Virus record (IMG/VR): IMGVR_UViG_3300022694_000001
DNA length: 64,000 nt
Reading direction: 5' to 3' (one strand)
Origin: a virus
The translations under genes were made by a program, and so were the position numbers. Below, in pieces: positions 17,799 through 26,797 of the stretch (within the stretch, counting starts at the first letter, position 1; every line of letters begins with the position of its first letter). The notes under the pieces were generated by a model. The model ran no database searches and was not told where the DNA came from. It saw only the letters and a program-made list of their open reading frames with translations.

Positions 17799-17998
17799 CA
17801 TCGATTGTAGCACTAATACTCAAGTATCTACCGTACCTCATCACTGCGTCAGCATCGGTTCCGCAAATCATCACTTTTCTTGCGCAACTGAAGGAAATCT
17901 TCAAACGCGAGAAAATCTGGACACCGGAACAGGAAGCCGAGTTTGATGCGAAGACGACAGCGATGCGCAGCAAACCTGAGTGGCAGATCATCGACTGA
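17795..17998 (+). CDS. Small hypothetical protein
   Basis: ATGA-coupled; amphipathic. Confidence 0.55.
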   Translation: MTSIVALILKYLPYLITASASVPQIITFLAQLKEIFKREKIWTPEQEAEFDAKTTAMRSKPEWQIID

Positions 17999-18081
17999 TG
18001 CTGCGAATCATCGCAACCGTTATCATTGTGGTTCTGTTGCTTACAGCCGTCTTTGGTATGATCGGTCAATGTTTAGGATGA
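17998..18081 (+). CDS. 27-aa TM peptide
   Basis: MLRIIATVIIVVLLLTAVFGMIGQCLG; start overlaps previous stop. Confidence 0.4.
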   Translation: MLRIIATVIIVVLLLTAVFGMIGQCLG

Positions 18082-18158
18082 GAACGGCGTACTATCCGGT
18101 TTTCGGACTGCTATCGAGTGTCGTCCTGATCGTGATTGTTAAATGTCTTTCTGGGTAA
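18078..18158 (+). CDS. 26-aa TM peptide
   Basis: MRTAYYPVFGLLSSVVLIVIVKCLSG; ATGA-coupled. Confidence 0.4.
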   Translation: MRTAYYPVFGLLSSVVLIVIVKCLSG

Positions 18159-18165
18159 CATAGAC

Positions 18166-18363
18166 ATGCCAACGCAGCGCAAGGTAAATCTGCCCGAAAT
18201 GACTTTACGATTTGTTAGGCGCAGTAGATTTAATAATTCCTCGCAGAGTATTTTACTGGTCCTACAACAAAAGGTCTGTGGCGAATGGTGCGATGTGACA
18301 ATTGAGGAAGAAGATTATCCGTTACCCTATGGTCCGACAAACAGGGGCCGTCTAAGAAAATGA
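18166..18363 (+). CDS. Small hypothetical protein
   Basis: ATG 18166; stop overlaps ATG 18360. Confidence 0.5.
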   Translation: MPTQRKVNLPEMTLRFVRRSRFNNSSQSILLVLQQKVCGEWCDVTIEEEDYPLPYGPTNRGRLRK

Positions 18364-18410
18364 ATCTCACCGACGAACTACGCGCCGAATACATCCGGCT
18401 TTTCAAATGA
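18360..18410 (+). pseudogene. 16-codon remnant resembling the N-terminus of a lysozyme-family endolysin
   Basis: MNLTDELRAEYIRLFK*, coupled on both sides by ATGA overlaps. Confidence 0.35.
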
Positions 18411-18928
18411 AACTAATGTTCACCCATCGCAGTGCAGAGAACGCGGGCTACATCTATTACGCTAATGTCATTCTCGATGACACGCGTATCCTCAACGGGA
18501 AACCGTGTTACTTCTGGTTTGGCGACGCTGACAACGACGTGGATGGCGCTCCGTACTGGCACGAGGATCAGTACGGCCAAGCTGGAACTCGCTGGACGTA
18601 TAACGGAAAGCCTATCAATGGGGATGTGATTCCTTACATCGTTGTACCGCCGCAAGTGATCAAAATGACACCTGAAATTGTGGGCGGATGTATCGGTTCG
18701 ATGTACTACAAGGACAAAGAAGTAGCTTGCGTGGTTGGCGATTCCGGTCCTACCAGCAAGATCGGGGAAGCGAGCCCTGCCGCGCTGCGCGCTCTAGGGT
18801 TGCCGGCGCCACACAACGGTAACGGTGGTCTGGATACTCAGGAGATTCTGTACAGAATTTGGCCGGGCGTCAAAAGCGTATTGCAAATAAACGGTCAAAC
18901 CTACGCATTCGAACTACAACCCTCATAA
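18407..18928 (+). CDS. GH75 (chitosanase-like) glycoside hydrolase, candidate endolysin
   Basis: DADNDVDGAP...IPYIVVPP...VVGDSGP...IGEASPA motifs. Confidence 0.7.
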   Translation: MKLMFTHRSAENAGYIYYANVILDDTRILNGKPCYFWFGDADNDVDGAPYWHEDQYGQAGTRWTYNGKPINGDVIPYIVVPPQVIKMTPEIVGGCIGSMYYKDKEVACVVGDSGPTSKIGEASPAALRALGLPAPHNGNGGLDTQEILYRIWPGVKSVLQINGQTYAFELQPS

Positions 18929-19530
18929 TGTTTGACGTTGCGAAAGAAATCACGGGACAGACTTTGGGACGACTGATAGTTCTAAAGCGTAGCGGAACTG
19001 CCAAAGGCAGGGCGATGTGGGAATGCCTATGCGATTGTGGGAATAAAATCGTAATCAGTGGTCACGGACTACGAAGCGGTAACGCCAAGTCATGCGGCTG
19101 CTGGCAACGCGATTGGGCGAAGATCAACTGCGCGAAGATGCATCAACTACCGCACGGATCATTGAAACACGGCGAAGCGATGGTAGGAAAGAAAACCGCG
19201 CGATGGCTGATGTTTCAAGGAGCAAAGAGCCGTGCAAGGCGTGACGGTGTTGACTTCAGTATTTCACTGAATGACATCAAGATACCTACTCATTGTCCAG
19301 TTTTGGGCGTTTCTATAGAACGGCATGTCGGAGGACGTGGCCCTGCTCGAAATAGCCCTACGCTTGATCGTATTTCCGCTTCAGATGGATACGTGAAGGA
19401 TAATGTTCGCGTCGTTAGTCATCGCGCAAACCGTCTAAAAGCAGACGCGAACTCGGATGAATTGAGCGCAATCTTGCGTGATTTGATTATGATTGAGCAG
19501 GAGGAAGTTGACCACTTATGCCGAAGCTGA
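18928..19530 (+). CDS. HNH-type homing endonuclease
   Basis: GRLIV...WECLCDCG...SGNAKSCGC domain plus CPVLG...SPTLDRI...GYVKDNVRVVSHRANRLK. Confidence 0.8.
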   Translation: MFDVAKEITGQTLGRLIVLKRSGTAKGRAMWECLCDCGNKIVISGHGLRSGNAKSCGCWQRDWAKINCAKMHQLPHGSLKHGEAMVGKKTARWLMFQGAKSRARRDGVDFSISLNDIKIPTHCPVLGVSIERHVGGRGPARNSPTLDRISASDGYVKDNVRVVSHRANRLKADANSDELSAILRDLIMIEQEEVDHLCRS

Positions 19531-19545
19531 TTCAGGAAGTCTAGT

Positions 19546-19761
19546 TTGCCCTGCAACACTCATAACGACGACGAGGATTCGGTGTCGCGTGCGCGTTTTC
19601 TCATGTCGCCGTGGAACGTGCGCGAGGCTCGGAGGCGCAGGCGCAATGACAGGCTGTGGATTGCGTTGGCCGTCATTGTGTTCGCGGTTGTGGAACTCAT
19701 TTTGATTTACGCGTTTGCCCTCCAGTGCGGCTGGATCGGGAGCGTAGCGCTGCCAGGGTAG
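19546..19761 (+). CDS. Small TM protein
   Basis: RLWIALAVIVFAVVELILIYAFAL TM segment. Confidence 0.45.
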   Translation: MPCNTHNDDEDSVSRARFLMSPWNVREARRRRRNDRLWIALAVIVFAVVELILIYAFALQCGWIGSVALPG

Positions 19762-20152
19762 CTTCGCGCAGCCGCAACACGTGGCCCATGCCGCGGAGTT
19801 CTGCCACGGGTAGCATGGTTTCAAGGCAACGGCGCAACACGTCGGCGTGCAACAAGTAGCGATCGCGCTGGCTCATGCGCTCATGGATCTCGCGCAATGT
19901 TTTGGCGATTGCTTTGGACGTGCGCACGGTCATCATGGCGTCAAGGGTGTGATCGCCCACTGGCCGGAGGAGGCGCACTTTGCCGGCGTGCGCCAGGAGG
20001 GCAGCGGCTTCCATGCTGTAGCGCAGCACGTCGGCTTCCGGCATTTCGCACGCCTTGCAGATTCTATTGACGGCTTTCCGCAGTCGTTGCGGGACGCGCG
20101 GCGCGAATTTCACACTGAGGTCCGGTTTGTGCTGGCGTGTCATGGCCGACAA
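19697..20152 (-). CDS. Tandem ribbon-helix-helix-like regulator
   Basis: Two units: VKFAPRVPQRLRKAVNRIC...EADVLRY and MMTVRTSKAIAKTLREI...HADVLRRCLE. Confidence 0.6.
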   Translation of the reverse strand: MSAMTRQHKPDLSVKFAPRVPQRLRKAVNRICKACEMPEADVLRYSMEAAALLAHAGKVRLLRPVGDHTLDAMMTVRTSKAIAKTLREIHERMSQRDRYLLHADVLRRCLETMLPVAELRGMGHVLRLREATLAALRSRSSRTGGQTRKSK

Positions 20153-20346
20153 TATTTTATTTGTTTCTTGGGAAGCGCCTGCAATCCTTCATTCGTGGAC
20201 TCTTCGGGGGTTTCCATTATACGCTGGAGCCTTTGAAGAGCCGCGTCTTCGAGCCATTTAGACGCGGACTCGCGGCGAAGTTTTGCAGCGGCTGCAATCT
20301 TTTTGATCACTTCCGTGTCCATACTGACACTCTTCGGAACCTTCAT
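20140..20346 (-). CDS. Ribbon-helix-helix (Arc/CopG-like) repressor
   Basis: KSVSMDTEVIKKIAAAAKLRRESASKWLEDAALQRL. Confidence 0.75.
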   Translation of the reverse strand: MKVPKSVSMDTEVIKKIAAAAKLRRESASKWLEDAALQRLQRIMETPEESTNEGLQALPKKQIKYCRP

Positions 20347-20376
20347 TTTGCTGAATTTTCTAATAATTTAATCAAA

Positions 20377-20396
20377 TCGCAAGTTTTTTCTTGCGA
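20377..20396. promoter_or_regulatory. Operator-like palindrome between the divergent RHH genes
   Basis: TCGCAAG-tttttt-CTTGCGA; contains -35-like TTGCGA on both strands. Confidence 0.65.
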
Positions 20397-20400
20397 AGTC

Positions 20401-20417
20401 TTATTAAGAGTTAATAA
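20401..20417. promoter_or_regulatory. Second operator-like palindrome over the -10 region
   Basis: TTATTAA-gag-TTAATAA. Confidence 0.55.
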
Positions 20418-20428
20418 TCCACATTTAT

Positions 20429-20629
20429 ATGGCACAGACTCCGGAAGCTAATGCGAGAACGAAAAAGCGAGGTAGACCGCAGATGATGCAGTCGCCAGCA
20501 ACGACCAGCATTAGTGTCGAAAAAAAGCTACTTCAAAGGATTCAAAAAATTGCGTATGCAGGGCGGCAATCTGTGAGTCAATGGCTGACTGACGCAGCGA
20601 TGGAGCGATTATCGCGTGAGAACAGATGA
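20429..20629 (+). CDS. RHH regulator with AT-hook-like RGRP (Cro-like position)
   Basis: KKRGRP...TSISVEKKLLQRIQKIAYAGRQSVSQWLTDAAMERL; paralog of 20140..20346. Confidence 0.75.
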   Translation: MAQTPEANARTKKRGRPQMMQSPATTSISVEKKLLQRIQKIAYAGRQSVSQWLTDAAMERLSRENR

Positions 20630-21096
20630 TTGATTACGCTAATCTTCCAAACGTAGCTAATCTGCCGACTGTCGAAATCCCGGCACGAACAGAAAACATT
20701 CGCGGAATGTCGCGACGCGAAAAACAAAATTACGCGCACAATGAATTATCTAGGGCACGCCGGAAACGTTTAGTGCTGATTGGTCCGTGCGCGATGTGCG
20801 GTTCGGATGAGAAAATTCAAGGACATCACCCGAGCTACGATCATCCTAGGCTAATTGTCTGGCTCTGCCCGAAGTGCCACGGGGCGATTCACCGAAAGCA
20901 TAAAGTCCCGATCAATCTTTCGATACGGGCTGACATCACTTTGGCGATTAAGGTACACGTAACGGCGCATCCTGAATGTGGATTCCGCAATGTTTCCGAA
21001 CTTACCGAGAATCTATGGATTTCTTACCTGCGGCGCAAAGGGGCCAAACTCCCGACACTTTTCAAGCAATCCAGCAATGGGAAGGCGCGTAAGTGA
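20626..21096 (+). CDS. HNH-like nuclease with C-terminal RHH-like segment
   Basis: CAMCG...IQGHHPSYDHPRLIVWLCPKCHGAIH. Confidence 0.65.
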   Translation: MIDYANLPNVANLPTVEIPARTENIRGMSRREKQNYAHNELSRARRKRLVLIGPCAMCGSDEKIQGHHPSYDHPRLIVWLCPKCHGAIHRKHKVPINLSIRADITLAIKVHVTAHPECGFRNVSELTENLWISYLRRKGAKLPTLFKQSSNGKARK

Positions 21097-21488
21097 ACGT
21101 GTTCGATGAACTGGCTACGGTGGGCGTCCCTGCGCCTACGGATGCTCTGCACGTGGGGAGCAAAGCCGAAGCTGAAAAGGTGAGCCGGATGGATTGCCGT
21201 GAGATGCAGCCCGATGAGAAATACGTGTTTTTAACCTGCCAGATCGGGAAGCAAGGGTTTGGCCGGTTTCATTTGAAAGCGTTCGGTGCGACGTGGAACG
21301 CGGCGCTGATGATGCTCTGGATGGCGGGAGCGATCAAAAAACCAATTTCAGCCGGAAATAATAAACGGCGTCCAACCGTTGCGCATACTGGGGAAGCAAA
21401 GGAGCCGGGGAGAAATCCGAGCTCGCCGGCTGAAAATCTTTCGCAGGAAGAAATCGAACACCTGCCGTACCAAATAGCGCGCAAATGA
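21093..21488 (+). CDS. Hypothetical early protein
   Basis: Coupled ORF in early operon. Confidence 0.55.
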   Translation: MNVFDELATVGVPAPTDALHVGSKAEAEKVSRMDCREMQPDEKYVFLTCQIGKQGFGRFHLKAFGATWNAALMMLWMAGAIKKPISAGNNKRRPTVAHTGEAKEPGRNPSSPAENLSQEEIEHLPYQIARK

Positions 21489-21685
21489 AAGCTGATAAGG
21501 CGATACGATTTTTGCAGAGACTGTGCGCCGCTCGCTTCGGAAACAAACGCGGCCAGGATTCCAGTGGTGAAGCTACGCTTTATATCGGGTGCGATCATGT
21601 GGAGTTGACCAACAACGAGTCAGTGATTTCAGCGCGCGGTCCGGCGCAGGTGGCGCGGGTGTTGAGAAGGAGGCGGCGGAAATGA
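21485..21685 (+). CDS. Hypothetical protein
   Basis: ATGA-coupled. Confidence 0.5.
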   Translation: MKADKAIRFLQRLCAARFGNKRGQDSSGEATLYIGCDHVELTNNESVISARGPAQVARVLRRRRRK

Positions 21686-21894
21686 AAGATCAAAGAGAAA
21701 ACGTCCAACGCTCAACGCTGAACGTCCAACGTCGAATGGAAGAGCGTGGACTCGAACTGCTTTACTGGACGTGCCGCTGCCACGGTTTCCGTTACTGCTA
21801 TCCGGGTGCGTGTATGCACACCGACGAATCCAATTTAATACCGTCACACGAGATTTTTAGCGGCGGAACGACAGCGAAAGGCAGTCGAAAATGA
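21682..21894 (+). CDS. Small Cys-containing protein with N-terminal heptamer array (21700..21736)
   Basis: SD-like aggagg upstream; ENVQRSTLNVQRR encoded by AACGYYS x5. Confidence 0.5.
   Translation: MKDQRENVQRSTLNVQRRMEERGLELLYWTCRCHGFRYCYPGACMHTDESNLIPSHEIFSGGTTAKGSRK
21870..21886 (+). promoter_or_regulatory. Palindromic motif, copy 6
   Basis: GACAGC-gaaag-GCAGTC, 5 nt before ATG 21891. Confidence 0.65.
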
Positions 21895-22289
21895 CACCTT
21901 GCACCGGAAATCATTCACTGAAGGCGCCCTGCGACGATCCGGACTGCCCGAAGAGCAGGAAGGTGGTGCCGATGGAGCCGGAGACGCCCATGGCCAAGAC
22001 CGAACCGGACAATGTGATGGTGACGCTGGTTATTCTGCTGGCGCGGTTCCTGGGGCTTGTTCAACGCACGCTTGGCCGGCTGCAGACGCGACTGCTCACG
22101 ATCGCGCAATCGTGGGGTTGGCAACCAGATTCGCGTTACGCCGCACTCATGTTGCAAAAACGGCAGGTGGCATTGTCCATCCGCGAAGGGATGCGGGAAG
22201 TAACGCGGCGCGAGGCGCGGTTGAAAGAACAACTCAGCGAAGAGACGACTCGCAAAAAGCGGTTCACCAAAACTTATCCTAGCGAATGA
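21891..22289 (+). CDS. Hypothetical protein
   Basis: Coupled ORF. Confidence 0.55.
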   Translation: MTPCTGNHSLKAPCDDPDCPKSRKVVPMEPETPMAKTEPDNVMVTLVILLARFLGLVQRTLGRLQTRLLTIAQSWGWQPDSRYAALMLQKRQVALSIREGMREVTRREARLKEQLSEETTRKKRFTKTYPSE

Positions 22290-22480
22290 ACGGTTTTGCT
22301 TTCAAGGCTTCAATAACGCAGTCCTGCGGCAAGAACCGCTATCCGGACCGGAAGGCGGCGCAATCGCAGTTGAACATTTCAATGCGGAAGCGTGGGCGGC
22401 ACGGCCGCGCGGAATCGCTGCGGGCGTATCCGTGCCCGAATTGTCACGGCTGGCACATTACAAAGCGAACATCACCATGA
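22286..22480 (+). CDS. Small Zn-ribbon protein
   Basis: CGKNRY...RAYPCPNCHGWHIT. Confidence 0.65.
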   Translation: MNGFAFKASITQSCGKNRYPDRKAAQSQLNISMRKRGRHGRAESLRAYPCPNCHGWHITKRTSP

Positions 22481-22782
22481 ACTTTCTAACGAGCGATCTG
22501 GCTGGCGTGGTGGCGCTGATCTTGGCTGTGCTCACTTATCTTATCACGCGACAGGCGCTAAAGAATCGGAAGCTGAAAAAGCGGCTCAAAATTGCGCTGC
22601 GCGATTGCATGGCCTTTTGCGAGATCGAACAAACGTTTTGCCAGATGCTCTTCGAAATGCACGGAGTCGCTACGTTCGAAATGAAACGCGCGGTGCGCAC
22701 CAAGCTCCGGTTACAGCACGTCAATACTCCCAGCGAACTGGCTACGCCGGTGCAACTGGAACGTGAATTGGAACGTCTATGA
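22477..22782 (+). CDS. Membrane-anchored hypothetical protein
   Basis: N-terminal TM segment; ATGA-coupled. Confidence 0.55.
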   Translation: MNFLTSDLAGVVALILAVLTYLITRQALKNRKLKKRLKIALRDCMAFCEIEQTFCQMLFEMHGVATFEMKRAVRTKLRLQHVNTPSELATPVQLERELERL

Positions 22783-23090
22783 GCACAAAAACAAAAATAG
22801 AAGATAAAGCCGTCGCGGCGGCACTTTCTGAGATTCGAGAGAAACTCGATACGGTCGAGAACTACATGATTTGGCTGATTACACCTGATCAGCGTTTCCG
22901 TATCGGTCAGCGGGTAAAGTGGAGTCGGCGCGCCCACAAAAGAGGCTTTCCGAAAAGGAAATGCGCGCAGAAAGGCGTTATAAAATCGATCGATGGGTTC
23001 AGCGTCGTCGTGCAATTAGACGGCTTAAAGCAGCCTCGCTCCTATCATCACGCGTTCTTCAATCCCATCAATGGATCAAAATTGTTCTGA
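22779..23090 (+). CDS. Hypothetical protein (SH3-like C-terminus)
   Basis: FRIGQRVKW...GVIKSIDGFSVVVQLDG. Confidence 0.6.
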   Translation: MSTKTKIEDKAVAAALSEIREKLDTVENYMIWLITPDQRFRIGQRVKWSRRAHKRGFPKRKCAQKGVIKSIDGFSVVVQLDGLKQPRSYHHAFFNPINGSKLF

Positions 23091-23185
23091 TTAACCGAAA
23101 CAACTCTATGTCAAAACAAGAAGTAGCAACCCAACCGCCGCCTAACAGAGATAACCAGCTCTCATAACCCTAAAGGAGTAATTAT

Positions 23186-24358
23186 ATGAACAACGAAAAC
23201 GCACAAGAAGGACAATACGAAATCGTAACCACCACACCCACCGCGCTCGAATCAATGGAGCGTGCTGGAATAGATATGCAGATTTCCACAGCGAAGCGAT
23301 ACCCGCGCAGTCTCGCCGTCGTGAAAAAGCGGATGCTCGATCTAGCGACTCTAGACCAAGAAACCGCTGCGAGTTGTTTTTACCGGCTGAATCGACAAGG
23401 GCGAAATATCGAAGGTCCAACGATTCGCCTTGCCGAAATCGCTGTCAGTTCATTCGGAAACCTTCGGTACGGGGCTCGTGTCATTTCAAACGACAAAAAG
23501 GTTATCACGGCACAAGGCTACTGCTTCGATCTTGAATCTAATGTGATGAGTCAGGTCGAAGTGCAGCGGCGCATCACAGACAAAAACGGCAATACTTACT
23601 CCGACGATATGCAGGTTGTCACTGGCAACGCTGCTTGCGCTATAGCGGCGCGTAATGCCGTGTTCAAAGTCGTGCCGTTCGCTTTCATAAAGCCGATATT
23701 CTCGGCAGCGAAGAAAGCGGCTGTTGGCGACATCAAAACGTTAGTGGAGCGCCGAACCACAATGCTTAAAACCTTCGCGGCGCTAGGCGTCAATGAGAAA
23801 AGAGTGCTGGCCGTACTTGGTAAAAACGGTCTCGAGGAAATTGGGTTGGCTGAATTGGAAATCCTGATCGGATTACACAACGCAATCGAAGACAAAGAGC
23901 AAACCGTCGAGGAAGCGTTTCCGTCTGTCATAATCGAACGCGCGAAAATCAACGGCAACGCTGCCGCTACGGCAACTCCGCCATCGGACCCAGCGCCGAC
24001 GGGCGAGAAATCGGCTAATCCAAAGGGCCGTAAGAGAGCGCAACAGCCACAAGCTCAAACGCCCAACGCGGCAACTGAGCCCCCTGTCAATGGCGCAACG
24101 TCCTCCGAAGCCTTGGCGAAGGAGGATGAATCACTCGCCGTGCAGGTCGCCGTGAAGTTGAAAGAAGGCGGCTACGATGAATCGGAGTTGGTAGAGCTGG
24201 CCATCGCTAACAACTGGTGCGAGACCACCACCAAAAACCTTTCGCAGATCAGTGAGACGAATCTGCAGGTATTCGTCGATAACTGGCAATCAACGGTCAC
24301 TGAGTTGGACAGCCAACGCGCGGATAAAGCGAAGAAAGAAAAAAGTCCACTGGATTGA
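23186..24358 (+). CDS. Putative single-strand annealing/recombination protein
   Basis: SD aaggag; IDMQISTAKRYPRS...CFYRL...IEGPTIRLAE...FGNL family; acidic C-tail; near exonuclease (function inferred). Confidence 0.6.
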   Translation: MNNENAQEGQYEIVTTTPTALESMERAGIDMQISTAKRYPRSLAVVKKRMLDLATLDQETAASCFYRLNRQGRNIEGPTIRLAEIAVSSFGNLRYGARVISNDKKVITAQGYCFDLESNVMSQVEVQRRITDKNGNTYSDDMQVVTGNAACAIAARNAVFKVVPFAFIKPIFSAAKKAAVGDIKTLVERRTTMLKTFAALGVNEKRVLAVLGKNGLEEIGLAELEILIGLHNAIEDKEQTVEEAFPSVIIERAKINGNAAATATPPSDPAPTGEKSANPKGRKRAQQPQAQTPNAATEPPVNGATSSEALAKEDESLAVQVAVKLKEGGYDESELVELAIANNWCETTTKNLSQISETNLQVFVDNWQSTVTELDSQRADKAKKEKSPLD

Positions 24359-24382
24359 GGGAACCTTAAACCCACGAAACAA

Positions 24383-25096
24383 ATGAGCGCAATATACTCC
24401 AAAGCGCCGGAAGAAGTGTCCGAGCGCGCCAAGCCGTTGCTTGAAAAACATCACTTCGAACTGTTCAACCACGAACTGAAAATCGATTTCATTTTCGCTA
24501 ACGCGTCGGTGGACGATGCCGGGGCGCCGAGCGGGCCTGCCGTGTCGCACAACGGCTACCCGGCAGCAGCAGTGGCGCGGATCCTGTCAATTAAAGACCG
24601 GGTGATGGGCCGGGGCGATTGCGAGATTGTCATCGATGCGGATCGCTGGCCGGTTTACTCCGACGAGGAAAAAGACGCGCTACTCGATCACGAGCTAGAA
24701 CACTTTCAGATTGCCGTGGACAAATACGGCGCGCCGAAGCTGGACGACATTCACCGGCCGAAACTCAAACTGAAGAAACACGATCACCAGTTTGGATGGT
24801 TTGATAATATCGCGCGGCGCTATGGCCTGGCATCGGGCGAAGTGCGCCAGTTCCAGATGCTCTGTTACGATGAGAGCGGCCAGTATTATCTGCCTCACAT
24901 AGGCGTTGGCGATCACGACAGAGTTAAGCAGTCAATTCGCGCGCTGATGCCGCCGCGTCCGGAGCCAGAGCAGAAGATCGGGCAAATCGCAAAAAGATTC
25001 GTGAAGAACATTCGGAAGAGTATCGCCAAGGGCGAGATCGGTTCTGTCACGATCAGCACGCCTGGCATGGAGCCTGTCGAGATCAAAGGCGAGTAA
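24383..25096 (+). CDS. Putative phage metallopeptidase
   Basis: ALLDHELEH (HExxH) plus HDHQFGWF. Confidence 0.75.
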   Translation: MSAIYSKAPEEVSERAKPLLEKHHFELFNHELKIDFIFANASVDDAGAPSGPAVSHNGYPAAAVARILSIKDRVMGRGDCEIVIDADRWPVYSDEEKDALLDHELEHFQIAVDKYGAPKLDDIHRPKLKLKKHDHQFGWFDNIARRYGLASGEVRQFQMLCYDESGQYYLPHIGVGDHDRVKQSIRALMPPRPEPEQKIGQIAKRFVKNIRKSIAKGEIGSVTISTPGMEPVEIKGE

Positions 25097-25103
25097 CAAT
25101 CTC

Positions 25104-25607
25104 GTGCTGTCCTTGGAATTAACGCCGGAACAGTCGGCTCGATTTTGGAAGAAAGTCGATAAAATCGGTTTCTCTGGTTGTTGGATTTGGACAGGCGCTG
25201 TTCGTCGTGACGGCTATGGACTGTTCGCGCTGAAACCGGGTATCAGGTTAAGCAGTCACCGAATTTCATTCCTTTTGGCGGGTGGTCTCCTGTCAGATGA
25301 GAAGCCATGCGTTTTACATCGTTGTGATGTTAGACTTTGCGTAAATCCAGATCATTTATTTGCTGGCAGTTTCTCGGATAATAGTCGGGACATGGCCGCA
25401 AAGGGGCGGCATCCATCGACGCTGTATCCAGAAAAATATCGCGGCGAAAATAACGGTAATGCGCGTCTTTGCGCGCAGGACATTCTCGATATTAGGCAGC
25501 GGTATTCGGAGGGTTGTATTAGTTACGCTGGGCTTGGCCGAGAATATGGCGTTCCGAAGTCACACATCTCTCGCATCATTCTTAGGAAGGCTTGGACGCA
25601 CATATGA
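25104..25607 (+). CDS. HNH homing endonuclease
   Basis: FWKKVDK...CWIWTG...VLHRCDVRLCVNPDHLFAGSFSDN. Confidence 0.85.
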   Translation: MLSLELTPEQSARFWKKVDKIGFSGCWIWTGAVRRDGYGLFALKPGIRLSSHRISFLLAGGLLSDEKPCVLHRCDVRLCVNPDHLFAGSFSDNSRDMAAKGRHPSTLYPEKYRGENNGNARLCAQDILDIRQRYSEGCISYAGLGREYGVPKSHISRIILRKAWTHI

Positions 25608-26797
25608 GACCTGTTACTAGCGCCAGTAACATCGACCGGCGCCGGCAATGCCCCGGCAGTGAGCGGATGGAAGCTGGTTTTACGGACGAAGATTCGAAGG
25701 AATCTCGCGAAGGCACACTCCTGCATAAACTCGATGCTGATCCGTCGCTTGATCGATCAAAACTGAAACCAAATCAGCGCGACCTACTGGAAACGGCTGC
25801 ACGGCTGGATGAAGTGATTTTTGAAGCAGTGGACCGGCAGTTTGGCGTCGGTGATCTGAAACACACTAAGGCTTGGCATATGGGTAGGGTAATGGGTGGC
25901 CGGGAGCGAACAATGTTTTTACATAGGGGCATTAAGTCGCTCTTCCCAGGCACGTGCGATCTGTGGGCCTATTTCCCGGATAAGAAGCTGCTGGTCATCA
26001 TCGATAAGAAGTTTGGATATAAAGAACAGACTTTTGCTGCTGCCAATATGCAGTTGCGCGCTTACGCAGTAATGGGAGCTGAGCAGCACGATGTCGAGCA
26101 TTGTGTTGTGGCTATTACCCAACCGCGGCTGGAGTTTAAAAAACGCCTAACGATGGCGGTTTACGGCCGGGACGAGATCAAAGCGTCACGGGAGCAGTTG
26201 TATGAAATTTGGGACAACTCCAAAAAGCCGGACGCGCCGTTGGTCGTTGGCGAAGAGCAATGCCGCTATTGCAAGGCCAAAGACCACGGAATCTGCCCGG
26301 CTTACAACGCAGCGGTGAAGGATGGATTGGCCATTATCCCGTCACCCACTGGGAATGAAACAGTTGCAGCCCGTGAGTCGAGAATTGAACAGGCGGCGGC
26401 TCAGGCCAGCGACCCCGAACTAGCAGAAGTATACAGAGCTATCCAGCTAGCGGGATTTGCCAAAGACCCAGTGTCCGATGAGATCCGACGTCGCATACAG
26501 GCTGGCGGAATGCCGGGGTTCCGACTGGGCAAAGCAAAGGATATGCGCAACGTGATCGACGTAGCGGCTGCGGTGGAGCGTTTGGAATCGGCTGGCATCG
26601 CAAAGGAAAAGATCATGGCCTGCTGTTCGATGTCGCTTGGCGACGATGGCGGGATTGCCGAAGTCTGGCGCGATACCAAGGGCGGCACCTGGAAAGCCGC
26701 CAAAGACGGCATCAACGCACTCTTAGGCGATGCGATTGAGCATAGCACGTCGCGGCCATCGATCGAGAAGGTGAAGGAGGCGCTGCCGGAGCGATGA
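25604..26797 (+). CDS. DUF2800-like PD-(D/E)XK (Cas4-like) exonuclease
   Basis: CPGS...EGTLLH...GTCD...IIDKKFG...NMQLRAYA...QPR...GEEQCRYCKAKDHGICP. Confidence 0.8.
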   Translation: MRPVTSASNIDRRRQCPGSERMEAGFTDEDSKESREGTLLHKLDADPSLDRSKLKPNQRDLLETAARLDEVIFEAVDRQFGVGDLKHTKAWHMGRVMGGRERTMFLHRGIKSLFPGTCDLWAYFPDKKLLVIIDKKFGYKEQTFAAANMQLRAYAVMGAEQHDVEHCVVAITQPRLEFKKRLTMAVYGRDEIKASREQLYEIWDNSKKPDAPLVVGEEQCRYCKAKDHGICPAYNAAVKDGLAIIPSPTGNETVAARESRIEQAAAQASDPELAEVYRAIQLAGFAKDPVSDEIRRRIQAGGMPGFRLGKAKDMRNVIDVAAAVERLESAGIAKEKIMACCSMSLGDDGGIAEVWRDTKGGTWKAAKDGINALLGDAIEHSTSRPSIEKVKEALPER

